Assembly: GCA_024274695.1 (NCBI GenBank)
Contig: JAJSAI010000030.1
Coordinates: 1 to 21,515 of the forward strand
Length of the DNA: 21,515 nucleotides
DNA from: an archaeon
GTDB lineage: Archaea; B1Sed10-29; JAJSAI01
Reading direction: 5' to 3'
Notes under the pieces: generated by a model
Database searches by the model: none
What the model was told of the DNA's origin: nothing
What the model saw: only the letters and a program-made list of their open reading frames with translations
Shown: positions 1-8,261 of the stretch, piece by piece
Layout: each line of letters begins with the position of its first letter
Position numbering within the stretch: position 1 is the stretch's first letter
Program-made: the position numbers and the translations under genes

Positions 1-765
1 AAAGAAGTTGGGATTGTGAAAAAGGGTTTTCCGTTAGAGGAGTACGAGAGGATCAAAAGGAGTTTCAGAACGTGGGACGCCACCCAGGAAGCGTGGGAGG
101 AGAGAATCTTCAAGAGCAAGAAGGAGGTGCTGAGGGTAAAGAGAGCCGCTCGGTGGACGTCAAGCGTTTTTGAAGATGTCCTGGCAAACGTTTCCCCAGG
201 CATGACAGAAAAGCAGGTTGCTGCAGCGCTTGCCGGGAAACTCCTTGAGAAGGCCGAAGCACTCTCATTCCCCACGATCGTGGCAAGCGGGCCTAATTCC
301 CAGAGAATACACGTTTACCCCACTAACCGCAAGCTGAGGAGAGGAGATCTCGTGATAATAGACGCAGGGGTTATCATGAACGGATACTGTTCTGACATGA
401 CAAGAACCCTCCTCCTGGGAAACAATAAAAAGAAAAGAGAGCTTATTGAAGCGTGCGCGAGCGCCCTGGATGCTTTTGAAGACACTAACCCTGCCACGGT
501 AGAGGACGCTGTTAACGCGATAGAAAACGCGTTGGGAAAAAAGAAAAAATTCGTAAAGTACGCTTACGGTCACGGTATAGGCGCTGACGTTCATGAGCCG
601 CCCACCCTCCAGAAGGGCAGCAGGCTAACGTTCAGGAAAAACGTGACCTTGGCAGTGGAGCCCGGACTGCACGCAAAGGGCGTGGGGGGCGCGAGAATAG
701 AAGACGACTACTACTACAACGGAAGAAAATGGGAGAGGCTGACGAAATGCTGGAGGATGCTCTAA
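1..765 (+). CDS. Xaa-Pro aminopeptidase/prolidase, M24 family (probably 5'-truncated by the window edge)
   Basis: Pita-bread metal ligands are present: IIDAG..YCSDMTRT, GHGIGADVHEPP, AVEPG, RIED. The frame is open from base 1, upstream of the GTG at 16. Confidence 0.9.
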   Translation, partial: KEVGIVKKGFPLEEYERIKRSFRTWDATQEAWEERIFKSKKEVLRVKRAARWTSSVFEDVLANVSPGMTEKQVAAALAGKLLEKAEALSFPTIVASGPNSQRIHVYPTNRKLRRGDLVIIDAGVIMNGYCSDMTRTLLLGNNKKKRELIEACASALDAFEDTNPATVEDAVNAIENALGKKKKFVKYAYGHGIGADVHEPPTLQKGSRLTFRKNVTLAVEPGLHAKGVGGARIEDDYYYNGRKWERLTKCWRML

Positions 766-1298
766 GGATAGTGAAAAAGCATGTTCCTGTACTATTGATC
801 GTCTGCATAGCCACTGCGCTGTGCCTTCCCCTGGACGAACCGGTGGAGAAGGTAGTCAGCGAGTACAGGACTCCCCAGACCGTGAGAGTGGCAGAGGCTG
901 TCACTGTCATAGGCAACGTCTACTACGGCATACCCACTCTTCTTGGGATAGTGTTCCTCGCCAGGAGAAAGGACTTCCGAAGAGCTCTGCTGGCCGTGCT
1001 CATGGCAGTCACGGCCGCGTTCATAATAAAAGGGATCGTGAGCAGGCAGAGGCCTATTCCCGCCGGAAAGTTTGACGCGTACCCGTCAGGACACACTGCA
1101 GCATCATTTTCTTTATTCGGTGTCCTGGCAGAGTCCACCAGAAGAAGGCGTGTCCTGATAGTGCCTGCCATGGTGGGAATCAGCAGGATAGTCCTGGGCA
1201 GGCACTACCTCAGCGACGTGGTCATGGGAGCAGGAATAGGGATAGTCATGGCAATGGCTTCAGGGGACATCCTGAAGCTCATTCGGTCTCGAGCTTGA
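747..1298 (+). CDS. PAP2 family membrane phosphatase
   Basis: Motifs KGIVSRQRP, YPSGHT and SRIVLGRHYLSDV, plus several hydrophobic helices. Start is either ATG 747 or ATG 729. Confidence 0.88.
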   Translation: MLEDALRIVKKHVPVLLIVCIATALCLPLDEPVEKVVSEYRTPQTVRVAEAVTVIGNVYYGIPTLLGIVFLARRKDFRRALLAVLMAVTAAFIIKGIVSRQRPIPAGKFDAYPSGHTAASFSLFGVLAESTRRRRVLIVPAMVGISRIVLGRHYLSDVVMGAGIGIVMAMASGDILKLIRSRA

Positions 1299-1500
1299 AC
1301 ACCACCGTGGTTCCTTTCAGGGTCTCGTAAACCTGGTCCGCCAGGTTTATGGCATCCTCTACGGTCGCGTGTTTTCCCCAGTCGTAAACGTAGTCGTAGT
1401 TGCCCTTGACCGGCCTGAAGCCCATGGACATGAGTCTTTGAGTGATCTCGCTTGTCCTCTCTCCCCTTGTGTCAAACCATATCGTGAGGTACGATTTCAT
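1279..1500 (-). CDS. Small hypothetical protein (73 aa), paralog of the upstream neighbour
   Basis: MKSYLTIWF...GFRPVKGNYDYVYDWG...FKLETE aligns without gaps to 1505..1726, which fixes the start at ATG 1500. Confidence 0.85.
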   Translation of the reverse strand: MKSYLTIWFDTRGERTSEITQRLMSMGFRPVKGNYDYVYDWGKHATVEDAINLADQVYETLKGTTVVFKLETE

Positions 1501-1504
1501 ACTA

Positions 1505-1726
1505 TCACACCGTTTCAAGCTTGAACAGGACAGCCGCGTCCTTCAACAGCGCCTGGACCCTGTCTCCCAGGTCCAGCACCTCCTCCACGGTCACGGGCCG
1601 GCCCCAGTCATACTCCATGTCATAGTTCCCCTTGACAGGCCTAAAGCCTATGTCCTCAAGCTTTTTTATGACCTGCGAAGGAGGTATTCCCTCGCTGTTG
1701 AACCAGAGCGTGATGTACGTTTTCAT
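1505..1726 (-). CDS. Small hypothetical protein (73 aa), tandem paralog
   Basis: 37/73 identities to 1279..1500 by manual alignment. A TATA-like element lies about 25 nt upstream. Confidence 0.85.
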   Translation of the reverse strand: MKTYITLWFNSEGIPPSQVIKKLEDIGFRPVKGNYDMEYDWGRPVTVEEVLDLGDRVQALLKDAAVLFKLETV

Positions 1727-1748
1727 GTGAGATATTCCGGCCTAAGGG

Positions 1749-1786
1749 GTATAAAAAAGTTCTCTTGGAGGAAAACTTTTATTATT
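1749..1786. promoter_or_regulatory. Back-to-back BRE/TATA elements for divergent genes
   Basis: Minus strand GAGAACTTTTTTATA lies before ATG 1726; plus strand GAAAACTTTTATTATT lies about 25 nt before ATG 1811. Confidence 0.6.
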
Positions 1787-1810
1787 CTGGCGCGCGGATT
1801 TTCCAATCAG

Positions 1811-2371
1811 ATGGTGTACTCTCCCGCCGAAGACTCTTGGCTGCTCGCAGAACATGTTCCCGAACCCTTCGGGTCAAGAGAGTTCCTGGACCTTGGGTGC
1901 GGTACAGGGGTCGTAGGCGTTACCGCGGCCAAGAAGGGATGGAGGGTCACCTGCACTGACTTAGACCCTCTCGCGGTGGAAAGCGCGCGGGAGAACTTCG
2001 AACAGCATGGCCTTCCCGGAGAGTTCCTGGTGGGAAACCTGTTCGAGCCCGTGCGCGGAAGAAGGTTTGACGTGATAGCATTCAACCCCCCTTACCTCCC
2101 AACAGGCCCTGAAGACAAGAAGGCTGAAGACAGGATCGTGTGGGACGGAGGGCCTGACGGGGCGCGGCTTGCCGTGGAAGCGGTCAAGAGCGCTGGAGAC
2201 CATCTCGCCCCAGGAGGAGTAATGCTTCTGCTCGCATCCAGCCTGGGCAATGTCAAAAGGATCGTCAGGACAGCAGGAGAATCTGGGCTGACGGCGAGGG
2301 TGATCGCGGGCAAGAGGCTTTTCTTCGAAGAGCTGGTTGTGCTGGAGATCGCCCGGAAAAACACTTTCTGA
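1811..2371 (+). CDS. HemK2/Mtq2-type release factor glutamine methyltransferase
   Basis: N-terminal VYSPAEDSWLL, motif I LDLGCGTG, FNPPYLP, WDGGPDG and C-terminal LFFEEL. The true start is ATG 1811. Confidence 0.9.
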   Translation: MVYSPAEDSWLLAEHVPEPFGSREFLDLGCGTGVVGVTAAKKGWRVTCTDLDPLAVESARENFEQHGLPGEFLVGNLFEPVRGRRFDVIAFNPPYLPTGPEDKKAEDRIVWDGGPDGARLAVEAVKSAGDHLAPGGVMLLLASSLGNVKRIVRTAGESGLTARVIAGKRLFFEELVVLEIARKNTF

Positions 2372-2392
2372 ATACTCGTCGGCCGCGCGTGA

Positions 2393-2407
2393 GAAACTGT
2401 TATATAA
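2393..2407 (+). promoter_or_regulatory. BRE/TATA promoter of mcm
   Basis: GAAACTGTTATATAA lies about 25 nt before ATG 2432. Confidence 0.65.
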
Positions 2408-2431
2408 TTGTTGGGACAGAAAAGGGTTCTG

Positions 2432-4504
2432 ATGACCGAAGCGCCCGTTTCAAAGGAAGTACTGTTCGAAGACTTCTTCAACCTGCCGAAGTACAGGAGG
2501 GCGCTTAACGAACTGTCCCTTTCTTACCCTCAAAAGAAGAGCCTAGAAGTAGACTATCATGATCTAGACGAGTACAACATAGACCTTGCCGACGAGCTCC
2601 TGGAAAGACCTCACGAAGTGATAGAGGCTGCTGAAAGGGCAATAGAGAACATGGGAGTCCTGTCGCCGCAGGGGGAGATAGTAAAACCTCACGTCAGATT
2701 CCATTCCATTCCAGAGTCCAACAAGATACTCATAAGGAACATTAACTCCAGCTGGATAAACAGGATGCTCTGCCTTGAGGGAGTGATAACCAAAATAACC
2801 ACGGTGAAACCGAAGATAAGCACTGCAGTGTTCAAGTGCAACAGCTGCGAGAGAGTGTACAGGATAGAACAGCACAGGTACCAGGACGCGCTGAAGACTC
2901 CTGGAGAGTGCGTGTGCGGGAAGAAATCGTTCACCCTCCTTGTTGAGGACTCCGAGTTCGTGGACGTGCAGAGGGCAGAAATCCAGGAGCCTCTGGAGTA
3001 CATGAGGGGAGGAGAACAGGCCAAGAGTGTCACGGTGTGGCTCTCGTCAGACCTGACAAACAAGTTCGTTGCAGGAGACAAGATAGAGGTAACAGGAGTC
3101 CTAAAGCTTAACACCGGGAAAAAGAAAAGCTCCGTGTACGATGTTTTTGTTGACGCGAACCACGTCAAGAAACTGGAGCAGGAGTTCGAGGAAATAGAGA
3201 TAAGCGAGGAGGACCGAGAATGGATTCACGAGATGAGCAAAGACCCCAAGATCTATGAGAAGATAGTGGCGTCCATCGCACCCAGCATTTACGGTCACAA
3301 GGAAATAAAAGAGGCTATCGCCCTGCAGTTGTTCGGGGGGACTGCGGGGAAAGTAAAGCCTGACGGAATGAAGATAAGGTCTGACATGCACATCCTGCTC
3401 ATAGGAGACCCTGGGACCGCGAAAACACAGTTGCTCAGGTACGTGAAGGAACTCGCTCCAAAGGGGATATACGTTTCAGGAAAATCTTCTTCTGGAGCAG
3501 GGCTCACGGCCACCGCAGAAAAGGATGATTTCGCGGAGGGAGGCTGGACCCTGAAGGCAGGAGCCCTGGTGCTCGCGGCAGGAGGGATAGCGCTCATAGA
3601 CGAGTTCGACAAGATGGGGGACGAGGACAGGAGCAGCATGCACGAGGCCATGGAAAGCCAGACCATCTCCGTGGCGAAGGCGGGGATAGTGACCACGTTC
3701 AGGGCGAACGCGAGCATACTCGCGGCGGCGAACCCCAAGTACGGAAGGTACGATCCATTCGACCCGCCGGCAGAACAGTTCAACATCCCGCCGACAATAC
3801 TCTCAAGGTTTGACCTCATATTCCCGATCAGGGACGTGCTGAACCCTCAGAGGGACAGCGAGATGGCTGACCACATCCTCCTCACCCACAAGCTCGCGGC
3901 CAAGAGCAGGAGGGAGGAGCTCACCGAGGAAGAGAAAAAGGATGTCATACCAGTCATAGAACCTGAGAAGCTCAGGAAGTACATCGCGTACGCGAGAAAG
4001 AACTCGCACCCAATACTCTCGGACGAGGCGATAGAAAGAATAAAAAGGTTTTACGTGGACATGAGAAAACTTGGGGAAACCCAGAAGTCCGTACCCATAA
4101 CCGCCAGGTACCTTGAGGCGATAGTGAGGCTGGCGGAAGCCAGTGCCAAGGTAAGGCTCAGCGACACCGTGGAACTCCAGGATGCTGAAAGGGCCATAAG
4201 ACTCCTGCAGTTCTCCCTCAGGGAGATAGGGGTTGATCCAGAAACCGGCCAGTTCGACATCGACATAATAGCCACGGGCACTCCCAAATCCAAGGCGGAC
4301 AAGATAAAAACAGTGCGCAGGATAATCAAGGACATCTCCTCAGAAAAGGGAGAAGCAACGCACGCTGACGTGCTGGAAGAAGCCAAGAAGAACGGCATAA
4401 ATCCCGAGGACCTTGAGGAGATACTCAACGTGCTCAGAAGAGAAGGGGACATATACTCTCCGAAGCACGGGGTGTACAAGCCGGCTGAAAGAAGGGAGGG
4501 CTGA
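2432..4504 (+). CDS. mcm: MCM replicative helicase
   Basis: Zn finger CNSC..CVCG, Walker A GDPGTAKT, Walker B IDEFDKM, HEAMESQTISVAKAG, arginine finger LSRFDL, ITARYLEAIVRLAEA and a C-terminal wHTH. No intein. Confidence 0.97.
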   Translation: MTEAPVSKEVLFEDFFNLPKYRRALNELSLSYPQKKSLEVDYHDLDEYNIDLADELLERPHEVIEAAERAIENMGVLSPQGEIVKPHVRFHSIPESNKILIRNINSSWINRMLCLEGVITKITTVKPKISTAVFKCNSCERVYRIEQHRYQDALKTPGECVCGKKSFTLLVEDSEFVDVQRAEIQEPLEYMRGGEQAKSVTVWLSSDLTNKFVAGDKIEVTGVLKLNTGKKKSSVYDVFVDANHVKKLEQEFEEIEISEEDREWIHEMSKDPKIYEKIVASIAPSIYGHKEIKEAIALQLFGGTAGKVKPDGMKIRSDMHILLIGDPGTAKTQLLRYVKELAPKGIYVSGKSSSGAGLTATAEKDDFAEGGWTLKAGALVLAAGGIALIDEFDKMGDEDRSSMHEAMESQTISVAKAGIVTTFRANASILAAANPKYGRYDPFDPPAEQFNIPPTILSRFDLIFPIRDVLNPQRDSEMADHILLTHKLAAKSRREELTEEEKKDVIPVIEPEKLRKYIAYARKNSHPILSDEAIERIKRFYVDMRKLGETQKSVPITARYLEAIVRLAEASAKVRLSDTVELQDAERAIRLLQFSLREIGVDPETGQFDIDIIATGTPKSKADKIKTVRRIIKDISSEKGEATHADVLEEAKKNGINPEDLEEILNVLRREGDIYSPKHGVYKPAERREG

Positions 4505-4527
4505 GCATAGAAAGAACAAAAGCGGTC

Positions 4528-5373
4528 TTGTTCGCTCTCGCTCTGTTCCTGCTCGTGCAGGCCATCGGGCTCGCCACCGCGTACAGGTTCAACCAGCTGG
4601 TGGGACAGGGGGTCCTTGAACCAGCGTTCCAGAACCCGCAGGACCCTGGGAACTCTCTGGTCCTGTTCGCGTACATTCTGGCAGTAACGGGCATCGTGAT
4701 ACTCATCATAAGACTAAGGAAAAGACTTTTGGTCTTAGTAGAGGCCATGGCCGTGTTCCTGGCCTCTGACATAGTTTTCGAGCTCCTCATACCCGTGGGC
4801 ATTATGGGAGTGTCAGTAGGGCCCTTCCTGGCCCTCGCGCTAACACTCTGGAAGATCAGAAGGCCGACTCCCTTAAGCCAGAATACTGCCCTCGTGCTGT
4901 CGGTTTCAGGAGCAGGAGCGCTTCTGGGAGCGTCCATGGGAATACTTCCCGTGCTCGTGCTCATGCTCGCGCTCTCTGCGTACGACTTCGTTTCTGTCTT
5001 CCTCACCAAGCACATGGTCTACATGGCTAAGGCAATAACAGAAAGGCCAATGGCCTTCACCGCGTCAATACCCTGCCAGTTCAAAAAGCCAGTGAAGGTA
5101 AAGGATGTACGGTCTGGGAAGACGCTGAGGAAAAAGGTTCATGTTTTCCAGCTCGGAGGAGGGGACTTTGCCATCCCCCTCGTTTTCACCAGCAGTGTAC
5201 TCACGTACGCTTCTCCGGTTCACGCTCTAGCGGCCGCCGCAGGGGCAGCAGTCTCGCTCGTGCTCCTGTTCGAGTACGTTACCCGCAGGCCGGGAAACGT
5301 CCTGCCGGCCCTGCCTCCATTGTGCGCTGGCGCGAGCATTGGGTTCGTGCTCGCGGCAGTAGCCCTCGGGTGA
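4528..5373 (+). CDS. Presenilin-family (GxGD) intramembrane aspartyl protease, PSH
   Basis: AYDFVSV..TKHM, LGGGD and LPALP motifs in a multi-TM protein. The start may lie slightly upstream. Confidence 0.9.
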   Translation: MFALALFLLVQAIGLATAYRFNQLVGQGVLEPAFQNPQDPGNSLVLFAYILAVTGIVILIIRLRKRLLVLVEAMAVFLASDIVFELLIPVGIMGVSVGPFLALALTLWKIRRPTPLSQNTALVLSVSGAGALLGASMGILPVLVLMLALSAYDFVSVFLTKHMVYMAKAITERPMAFTASIPCQFKKPVKVKDVRSGKTLRKKVHVFQLGGGDFAIPLVFTSSVLTYASPVHALAAAAGAAVSLVLLFEYVTRRPGNVLPALPPLCAGASIGFVLAAVALG

Positions 5374-5409
5374 TCGTATTAAAAACCAGCGCATTCAATA
5401 AAATAAGAG

Positions 5410-5709
5410 ATGACAAAATTCCTGAACCCAGAAGATCTTGACCGCCTTGAAGAAAACGAGAGGTTTGTAACCGCTGGAAAAGTGACGAGAGTACTGAAAA
5501 AAGAGAACAGTACAGTAATAGGGTTCGGGGATCATGCGGTGATATGCTTCCATGACCCAAGAGTAAAGGAAGGAGACACGGTGAGGATCGTAGGAAGAAA
5601 GGGACAGAAGCTGCCGATAGCAGAAGCAGTAAAAAAAGTCCCTGAGGAATACCTGGAGCTCTGGGCGAAGGAAGTTGGGAAAGAAGGCCCCTTCGTGGAA
5701 GAACTTTGA
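5410..5709 (+). CDS. Small OB-fold protein, possibly RPA14/RPA3-like
   Basis: Beta-strand pattern FVTAGKV...VKEGDTVRIVGR...AEAV followed by a terminal helix. Translationally adjacent to aIF-2beta. Confidence 0.55.
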   Translation: MTKFLNPEDLDRLEENERFVTAGKVTRVLKKENSTVIGFGDHAVICFHDPRVKEGDTVRIVGRKGQKLPIAEAVKKVPEEYLELWAKEVGKEGPFVEEL

Positions 5710-5720
5710 AGGTGATCATC

Positions 5721-6128
5721 ATGGAAACGTACGAGGAAATGCTCGCAAAAGTGTACGAAAAACTGCCTGAGAAAAAGGGCGAGGGCGAAAGGTTCGAAAT
5801 GCCTAAATTCCGCTCGTTCATAGAAGGAAAGACAACTGTCATCACGAACTTTAAGGACGTTGTCAGCACCCTGAGAAGAGACCCTCAGCACCTCCTAAAG
5901 TTCCTGAACCGAGAGCTCGCGACACCAGCACACTATGACGGCAGAAGAGCAATACTGCAAGGAAGGTTCAAGGAGGAACAGCTGAACGCGAGGCTCACAG
6001 CATACGTTAAAGAGTACGTCCTGTGCAAGGAATGCAGAAAACCGGACACAGAACTGATCGTCTTCGAGGGAGTGAAGTACAAGAGATGCGAGGCCTGCGG
6101 GGCCAGGGCGCCGGTGAAGCCACTGTGA
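5721..6128 (+). CDS. eif2b: Translation initiation factor aIF-2 beta subunit
   Basis: YEEMLAKVY, ERFEMP, TVITNF, LNRELAT and Zn ribbon CKECRKPDT..CEACGA. Alternative start TTG 5706. Confidence 0.95.
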   Translation: METYEEMLAKVYEKLPEKKGEGERFEMPKFRSFIEGKTTVITNFKDVVSTLRRDPQHLLKFLNRELATPAHYDGRRAILQGRFKEEQLNARLTAYVKEYVLCKECRKPDTELIVFEGVKYKRCEACGARAPVKPL

Positions 6129-6403
6129 GGTTCTACGCCAAACGCCACCAGGACACGCTAGCAGTATGCGACGAGAAACTCCTCGGCAAGTCCTTCGAAG
6201 AAGGGGAGAAAGTGCTCACAGTAAGCGAGAGTTTCTACCAGGGCGGCCTAGTAACGCCCGAAGAAGCTGTTGGCATGATACGAGAAAGCAACAACGGAAT
6301 GCTAGCAGGAAATAATATAGTGGACCTTGCCCTGCAGGAAGGTCTGGTAAAAGAGTACGACACCGTGAAAAAAATTAAATACGCGTTATACGTTAAGATG
6401 TGA
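6125..6403 (+). CDS. DUF424 family protein
   Basis: LAVCDEKLLGKSFEEG..VSESFYQG..LAGNNIV. The GTG start overlaps the upstream TGA (GTGA). Confidence 0.85.
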   Translation: MRFYAKRHQDTLAVCDEKLLGKSFEEGEKVLTVSESFYQGGLVTPEEAVGMIRESNNGMLAGNNIVDLALQEGLVKEYDTVKKIKYALYVKM

Positions 6404-6407
6404 TAGT

Positions 6408-6713
6408 ATGAAGAGGAACCGAGACAAAGGAACGGATGAAGTGCTCAGGGTAAAACTCCCTAACGAGAAACAGGTTTTCGGCAGGGTGGAGGCCCTGCTC
6501 GGAGGAAGGAGAATGAGGGTAAAATGCAGTGACGACAGGATAAGAATCTGCAGAGTCCCTGGGAGAGTACGGCTCCCCAGGATAAGAGAAGACGACTACG
6601 TGCTGGTAGAACCCTGGGAAGTAGGAGGCCATGACCGGGGGGACGTTGTGTACAAGTACAGAGAAACCGAGGTACAGTGGCTCAAGAAAAGAGGGTACCT
6701 GGAAGGCCTCTGA
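6408..6713 (+). CDS. eif1a: Translation initiation factor aIF-1A
   Basis: RVKLP..FGRVEALLGG..VKCSD..RICRVPGR..DYVLVEPW..RGDVVYKY..VQWL. Confidence 0.95.
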   Translation: MKRNRDKGTDEVLRVKLPNEKQVFGRVEALLGGRRMRVKCSDDRIRICRVPGRVRLPRIREDDYVLVEPWEVGGHDRGDVVYKYRETEVQWLKKRGYLEGL

Positions 6714-6722
6714 AGGAAAAGA

Positions 6723-6929
6723 TCATGTTGGAATGTACCCGAACGCGAGAAGAAAACCTACTACTCCTGCCAGGACTATGATCCTCCAGTCCCTAGTAAC
6801 CATCCTGGCGATCATCATGAACATGAGGATTATCCCAAGCCCGAAAAGGACCCTGAGCTCGGAATAGTACGGGACAACCCTCGGGACCACGTTCTCCCAT
6901 AACATGTCAGTAATGGACAGGAGAGTCAT
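6723..6929 (-). CDS. Small membrane protein (68 aa, about 2 TM)
   Basis: Fills the gap between aIF-1A and the next gene, has two hydrophobic stretches, and has an AT-rich element upstream at about 6951-6960. Confidence 0.65.
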   Translation of the reverse strand: MTLLSITDMLWENVVPRVVPYYSELRVLFGLGIILMFMMIARMVTRDWRIIVLAGVVGFLLAFGYIPT

Positions 6930-6999
6930 CAGTATACAAACTCAGGAATCCTTTAAAAAAACATCCTGCTTATTATAAGCCCAGAGGAGGTTATGCGCG

Positions 7000-7215
7000 A
7001 TGAGCCACCCGAGAAGGCACAAGACAATATGGAAAACGGGCGACAGCCCGATAAAAGACAAGGACAGGAAAGTAGAGCACGAGGCCGTCTCAACACGCTT
7101 AAGAATAGGGAAAAAGAGGATATTCGGATGGACGTTTGAAGAGCTTCTTGAAAGAGCGAGGAGAGCGGTCAAAAGAAAGAAGAGCTTGTACGACGAGAAC
7201 CTTGAAAAGGAATGA
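7000..7215 (+). CDS. Small basic hypothetical protein (71 aa)
   Basis: ATG about 20-25 nt after TTATTATAA. Lys/Arg-rich, with purine-rich codon usage like its neighbours. Stop is 6 nt before the next ATG. Confidence 0.6.
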   Translation: MSHPRRHKTIWKTGDSPIKDKDRKVEHEAVSTRLRIGKKRIFGWTFEELLERARRAVKRKKSLYDENLEKE

Positions 7216-7221
7216 TGCAGG

Positions 7222-8223
7222 ATGATGGACAACATCCCAATGGACATGGGCCTTGACAGAAGCTACTCCTGCAGCCTGAGAGCACTGACTGCATTCCACG
7301 GGAAAAACTATCCAAGATGGTACTCGTCAGCAGTAGCAGGATTCCACACCAACTTCTACTACTACGAAGGAGAAGAGGGGTTCGCGTACTCTTTCTGCAC
7401 GCCCGAGAAAGTGCTGGCCGGGATCACAAAAGCCCTGGACTGGCTCGGGTTCGAGAACAAGTTCGTTAAGGGCCTTGACTGGCTTGAAAGCTGGGAAGTC
7501 CTGAAAACCGCTTCAGAACAGAAGACTCCTGTCATGATAGGGCCCGTGAACGCCGAACTGCTTTCCAGGAGCGGAAAAGGATTTGACTACTACGCGATAG
7601 TAGCGGGAGTCACCTCCAAAGAAGTCGTGCTAAAAGAGCCTGTCGGAATGAACAACAGCAGGATACCCGTGGACGAGTTCAGGGCCGCCTGGAAAGAAAA
7701 AACACTGTTCTCAAAAGAGGCCTTCAGCAACCCCATGGTGATAGTGAAAAGGAGGACCGCACCGAAATCAGAAGAAAGAACCCTGTGCTCTCAGGCCCTG
7801 AAGGAACTGGCTAAAGACTACTACACTCAGAACAAAAAAGAAGCGGAGCACGGCACGGTATTCTCAGGAAGAAAGGCCCTGGAAGAACTTGCTGGGATGA
7901 TCTCCGGAGGGAGCAAGAAGACGGTCATCAACAACCTCAGAGAGAGCCTGGAGTGGAACAGGAACGCGGGGAACGTGACAAGGTACGAGAACAGTCTGTT
8001 TATAGGATACGCTAGAAAATTCTGGGACACTGAAGAGATGAAGGAACTGAACAGGACCGCGAGCGCCCTGTCAGAAGCCTGGCTCAAGGCAGAGCAGGCG
8101 CTGGAAAGGATAGTGAAAGGAGACAAAAAAGCAAGAGGAGAAGCAGCGCACGCTCTTGAAGAAGTAATGGAAAAAGAGGATGCAGTAAAAGAGAAACTGC
8201 TCAAGATCACGTCAGGCCTCTAG
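7222..8223 (+). CDS. BtrH-like (C39/papain-like N-terminal domain plus helical C-terminal domain) protein
   Basis: N-terminal YSC-helix, PVMIGPVN..L, YAIVAGV...V.LKEP, IPVDEFRAAW and SGRKALEELA resemble BtrH_N/DUF4872-type proteins. Confidence 0.6.
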   Translation: MMDNIPMDMGLDRSYSCSLRALTAFHGKNYPRWYSSAVAGFHTNFYYYEGEEGFAYSFCTPEKVLAGITKALDWLGFENKFVKGLDWLESWEVLKTASEQKTPVMIGPVNAELLSRSGKGFDYYAIVAGVTSKEVVLKEPVGMNNSRIPVDEFRAAWKEKTLFSKEAFSNPMVIVKRRTAPKSEERTLCSQALKELAKDYYTQNKKEAEHGTVFSGRKALEELAGMISGGSKKTVINNLRESLEWNRNAGNVTRYENSLFIGYARKFWDTEEMKELNRTASALSEAWLKAEQALERIVKGDKKARGEAAHALEEVMEKEDAVKEKLLKITSGL

Positions 8224-8238
8224 CAAAACGTTTATAAT
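8224..8238 (+). promoter_or_regulatory. BRE/TATA promoter of the R15P isomerase operon
   Basis: CAAAACGTTTATAAT lies about 24 nt before ATG 8262. Confidence 0.65.
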
Positions 8239-8261
8239 TAATCCAGACTTTCTTATTTTGT

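Noticed and set aside
1442-1810. 123-aa N-terminal extension of the HemK2 ORF
   Set aside because: It overlaps two real minus-strand genes. Family similarity and the TATA element point to ATG 1811.
2432-4504. Intein or split in MCM
   Set aside because: The length (about 690 aa) and contiguous Walker A/B motifs leave no room for an insertion.
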